Below, piece by piece: positions 61,065 through 64,000 of a stretch of 64,000 nt of DNA (its first letter is position 1; each line of letters begins with the position of its first letter). The notes under the pieces are model-generated. The model searched no databases, was not told the origin of the DNA, and worked only from the letters and a program-made list of their open reading frames with translations. Source of the DNA: Longimicrobiales bacterium (GTDB taxonomy: Bacteria; Gemmatimonadota; Gemmatimonadetes; Longimicrobiales; Gaopeijiaceae); the NCBI GenBank assembly GCA_965237885.1, contig CBDEGN010000001.1, forward strand, positions 71,527-135,526, written 5' to 3'. A program made the translations under genes and the position numbers.

Positions 61065-62078
61065 TTCGTTGACAGGTTCCGGAGCAGCATCCGTCGCACC
61101 ATCGGGATCGACATCTCCAAGGACTGGCTCGACGCCTTCGCCTCGCCCGAGGGGAGAGCATCCCGGTTTTCGAACGATGCGGCCGGCTTCCGCAAGCTGA
61201 TCGCCTGGATCGGCTCCGAGGTCGACCGGATCGCGTACGAACCCACCGGACCCTTCCACCGCGACTTCGAGGATACCCTCCTGAAGGCCGGACTCCCCCT
61301 GTACGCGATCAACCCCTTCCAGGTCCGTTCCTTCGCCCGCTCCCTCGGCCGGCGCGCCAAGACCGATGCCGTGGGCGCCCGCATGCTGGCCACCATGGCG
61401 GCGGCCATCGAGGATCTGCGCCCGGCTCAAGCGAGATCGGAGGGACAGCGCGATCTCGCCGAACTCCAACAGATCCGCGACGCGCTGCTGAAGGACCGAG
61501 TCGCCACCACCAACCGCGGCAAGCACTTGCGCACTCCCGTGGGCAAGCGGCTCACCAGGCAGAGGCTGAAGCAGATCAAGCGCCAGCTGAAAGTCATCGA
61601 CGCCGAGATCCGGCAACGGCTCGAGGCGGAGGAGGCCCTGGAGCGCCGGGCCGAGATCCTGACCTCCATCCCGGGCATCTCGGACATCACCGCCGCGGGA
61701 CTGATCATCCACATGCCGGAGCTGGGCACGCTCACCGGCGCCCGTGCCGCCAGCCTCGCCGGACTCGCCCCGATCACCCGGGAGTCCAGATACTGGAAGG
61801 GACGCGGCTTCATCCAGGGCGGCAGGCACCGGTTGCGCCGGCTGCTCTACATGCCCGCGCTGGTCGCGGTCCAGTACAATCCCGACCTCAAGCGGAAGTA
61901 CGAGGCGCTCGTGGCCAAGGGGAAACCGCCGAAAGTCGCCCTGACGGCGGTGATGCGGAAGCTCGTTCTCGCCAACACGCTGGTGCAGCAGGACCGCATC
62001 TGGACGGCGCATGCGCCCAGAGAATGCTCCAGCTCCGTCTTCCCGACGCCCCGCCACGCGGGGAGCGGTCACGGATGA
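61065..62078 (+). CDS. IS110-family (DEDD) transposase lacking a canonical start codon; 5' end abuts the IS3 right terminus
   Basis: IGIDISKDWLDAF...IAYEPTGPFH...YAINPFQVRSFA...KTDAVGARMLA (DEDD_Tnp_IS110 part), and ILTSIPGISDITAAGLIIHMPELG...SLAGLAP...SGRHRLRRLLYMPALVA (Transposase_20 part). There is no in-frame ATG/GTG/TTG between the IS3 end (61062) and the conserved GIDxSK. Confidence 0.75.
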   Translation, partial: FVDRFRSSIRRTIGIDISKDWLDAFASPEGRASRFSNDAAGFRKLIAWIGSEVDRIAYEPTGPFHRDFEDTLLKAGLPLYAINPFQVRSFARSLGRRAKTDAVGARMLATMAAAIEDLRPAQARSEGQRDLAELQQIRDALLKDRVATTNRGKHLRTPVGKRLTRQRLKQIKRQLKVIDAEIRQRLEAEEALERRAEILTSIPGISDITAAGLIIHMPELGTLTGARAASLAGLAPITRESRYWKGRGFIQGGRHRLRRLLYMPALVAVQYNPDLKRKYEALVAKGKPPKVALTAVMRKLVLANTLVQQDRIWTAHAPRECSSSVFPTPRHAGSGHG

Positions 62079-62451
62079 TCGAGCCGGGGAAGAGCGGACA
62101 TCGCAACGGAGGCGTCGCGAGGAACGCCGCGAGGCACGTCTATGCCGCGAGTACGGGCATCCACTTGACATGGATACTCCCCTCCATCAATCCCTCGCGG
62201 GAAGACCACTGTCGCCGCTGCTAGAGCGGCGGAGTACGCTTTCGCGTGCGTCAGTTGCCACCGGCCACCCGGCGTAAAGCGGGGGATTCTGTTCCGGTCG
62301 GGCCCATTTGGCCTATACGCGAGGACTAGGCTAGCGAGAAATCCCGCCCAGTCCGTAGCCCAGCCTCCGCGCGCTCTCGCTCCCCGCGCGGACAAACGTG
62401 TCGAGAATTCCGATCAGATGGCGCCGAGCCTCATCGTCGCGCTCTCGTGGG

Positions 62452-63750
62452 CTAGCCGCCGATCGGTCCCCAGAACTCGCCCGAAAACGATCCAGAGGGT
62501 TCGAATGATCGCCGACGCATTCCGGAGGCGAGCAAGTCACGAAGGTCGGAGTCGTCGGTCTGAGGCTTCGCGATAACTGTGCGGCGTGACGAGGCCGCCA
62601 ACTGGAGGTTCAGTTGCGAGAGCCGATGTTTGTCCATCGGGCGAACGTAAGGCACGACGGGCCTCGGCATTTCAGCGGCAGCCGGTCCGGCTACGAAGCA
62701 GTACGTCGGAGTCAAGGGATAAATGAGGCGCCAGCCTCCTCCACCTGCCGAAGTGACCAGCGCGGCTTCATCCGGCCGGATGAAGCCCGGATCGGGCGCC
62801 GTCCTCCACATCTCCCAGCGCCGGCCGACGAGGCGTTGGTGCATCTCCGCGTACATTCTGTCGTTCGAGAACAGCGTCTCGTAGGCTCTCCGCAAACTTC
62901 CAGTGTCTGTCGGAAAATCGAGATCCTGCTCGGTGACGAAACTGCTCACCCTCCGCAGAAGACGAAGGATGAAGGCAGGCGTGCGCATACACTGAACGGC
63001 CAAGTAGGCCACCCACCGCTTCGTCTCGTCCTCGTTGAGCGGGACCATCTGGAGGAGCTTGCTGTAGGGTTCTCCAGCATCCCCCTCGACCAGGCTGAAC
63101 CAATGTTCGAGTTCCTGGGAATAAAGAAACGACTCACGTCCCCAACTCCTGGCTGGAACGTCGTTCGAGCGAACAGTTCCATCTACACCGAGCGCGTAAA
63201 CGCGCAGTTTGCCCGCAGGAGCCCAGTGCTTGTTGCTGAATGCGGGGCTGTAATGCATCCGGCGGGTGCCGCCAGGCTTCGGGTGCGGAGCAAAGCACTT
63301 CACCGATTTGGAACGCTCCTGCGGGATCGCGGGGAAGCGTTCCCACCACAACTCACACAGCCGTAGCCACACGTGCTCCGCGAGAATTGAGGCTGTATTC
63401 TCGATCCGATCTTGGATGAGTGGAGACTTCAGAGCATCGCGTTCGGCTTCCACATCGATCGCCTGGATTGGCGCTTGGGCGGTCTTTGCCTTGATGATCT
63501 GTCCTTCCAGCCAGAGGACGAGATTGGCGAGTTGGAAGATGGCTTCCGGGCGTACCTGCGCAGGAAGGCTCCTGACTCCGCGGTCCTTCGTGATCCTGAG
63601 CATCCGGTCGACGATCTTCGATACCTCGACCGACCAAACGTCGGCGAGCACGGCCATGTGAACCGGATCCGCGTCGGGGAACTTGTTGCGAAGGGTCTCA
63701 AGCATCTGGGAATCGTAGTGAAGCGGATATGACCCCCGAATCTTGAACAC
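62452..63750 (-). CDS. DUF4238-like protein with a ~164-aa N-terminal extension
   Basis: 432-aa ORF in a clearly lower-GC stretch. From MHYSPAFSNKHWA onward the pattern (H.vP..., FLYSQELEHWFSLVEGDAGEPYSKL, LAVQCMRTPAF) resembles DUF4238; this is from memory. Possible starts are GTG at 63750 or ATG at 63705. Confidence 0.55.
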   Translation of the reverse strand: MFKIRGSYPLHYDSQMLETLRNKFPDADPVHMAVLADVWSVEVSKIVDRMLRITKDRGVRSLPAQVRPEAIFQLANLVLWLEGQIIKAKTAQAPIQAIDVEAERDALKSPLIQDRIENTASILAEHVWLRLCELWWERFPAIPQERSKSVKCFAPHPKPGGTRRMHYSPAFSNKHWAPAGKLRVYALGVDGTVRSNDVPARSWGRESFLYSQELEHWFSLVEGDAGEPYSKLLQMVPLNEDETKRWVAYLAVQCMRTPAFILRLLRRVSSFVTEQDLDFPTDTGSLRRAYETLFSNDRMYAEMHQRLVGRRWEMWRTAPDPGFIRPDEAALVTSAGGGGWRLIYPLTPTYCFVAGPAAAEMPRPVVPYVRPMDKHRLSQLNLQLAASSRRTVIAKPQTDDSDLRDLLASGMRRRSFEPSGSFSGEFWGPIGG

Positions 63751-63780
63751 CTCACCATTGTGGAGTTGACCTCCGGGAGC

Positions 63781-64000
63781 TGTGCTGGCCAGGGTAGAAC
63801 CAGGCAGACACGAAGGAGGTTGTCATGGCGAGGCGGAGGTACACGCCCAAGCTCAAGGCGCAAGTGGTGCTGGAGGTGCTGGAGGGGGACAAGACGCCCG
63901 GCCAGGTGGCCAAGGCGTACGGGGTGCACCCGAACTCGGTCGGGCTCTGGAAACGGCGCTTCATCGAGCGCGCGCCGGAGGTCTTTGCTGAGGAGACGAC
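63781..64000 (+). mobile_element. Left end of a second IS3-family element (continues beyond the window)
   Basis: The putative IRL begins TGTGCTGGCCAGGG at 63781, followed by a strong SD and an orfA-type gene. The end assignment is tentative. Confidence 0.5.
63825..64000 (+). CDS. IS3-family transposase OrfA (partial)
   Basis: MARRRYTPKLKAQVVLEVLEGDKTPGQVAKAYGVHPNSVGLWKRRFIERAPEVF is a typical HTH_Tnp_1 (IS3/IS911) OrfA. GAAGGAGG lies 5 nt upstream of the ATG. Confidence 0.85.
   Translation, partial: MARRRYTPKLKAQVVLEVLEGDKTPGQVAKAYGVHPNSVGLWKRRFIERAPEVFAEET

Noticed and set aside
61068-61073. A perfect TTGACA -35 hexamer just outside the IS3 right end, as an IS-driven promoter for the IS110 gene.
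   Set aside because: No acceptable -10 hexamer lies 16-19 nt downstream (the sequence there is cgtcgc), and the downstream gene lacks a start codon.

Overview
This is a 64-kb, densely coding, high-GC bacterial chromosomal segment. No lineage can be assigned without a search. About 46 genes look like ordinary core functions. These include glyQS, an NSS transporter, nth, carB, priA, two ECF-sigma modules, a TolC/MacAB-type efflux cluster, thrC, a TonB-dependent receptor, many peptidases and amidohydrolases, an APC permease fused to Usp domains, and metH next to a homocysteine-methyltransferase/MTHFR fusion. I found no rRNA, tRNA or CRISPR array by eye.

Two visibly lower-GC accessory patches stand out.

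(1) nt ~95-5925 holds a co-directional cassette: AlbA_2-like protein, then hsdM, then an HI0074-type HEPN, then an HI0073-type nucleotidyltransferase (MNT) domain fused in-frame to hsdS, then an AbiJ-like HEPN. The last four genes are chained by 4-nt start/stop overlaps, and no hsdR is present at the locus. This resembles a type I methyltransferase physically wired to HEPN RNase and antitoxin modules. It is my best candidate for an undescribed defence architecture.

(2) nt ~57000-64000 is a decayed integrative island. It contains a frameshifted P4-type integrase stub, four helically phased GGCGTGC repeats, and nested IS remnants: an IS3-like fragment, a truncated IS30, a complete IS3-family element with a G_GGA_AAA slippery site, and an IS110-family gene with no start codon. 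An IS-flanked, low-GC DUF4238-like gene with a 164-aa N-terminal extension follows, and another IS3-family element runs off the window.

All family assignments come from reading motifs in the supplied translations. No database search was run.
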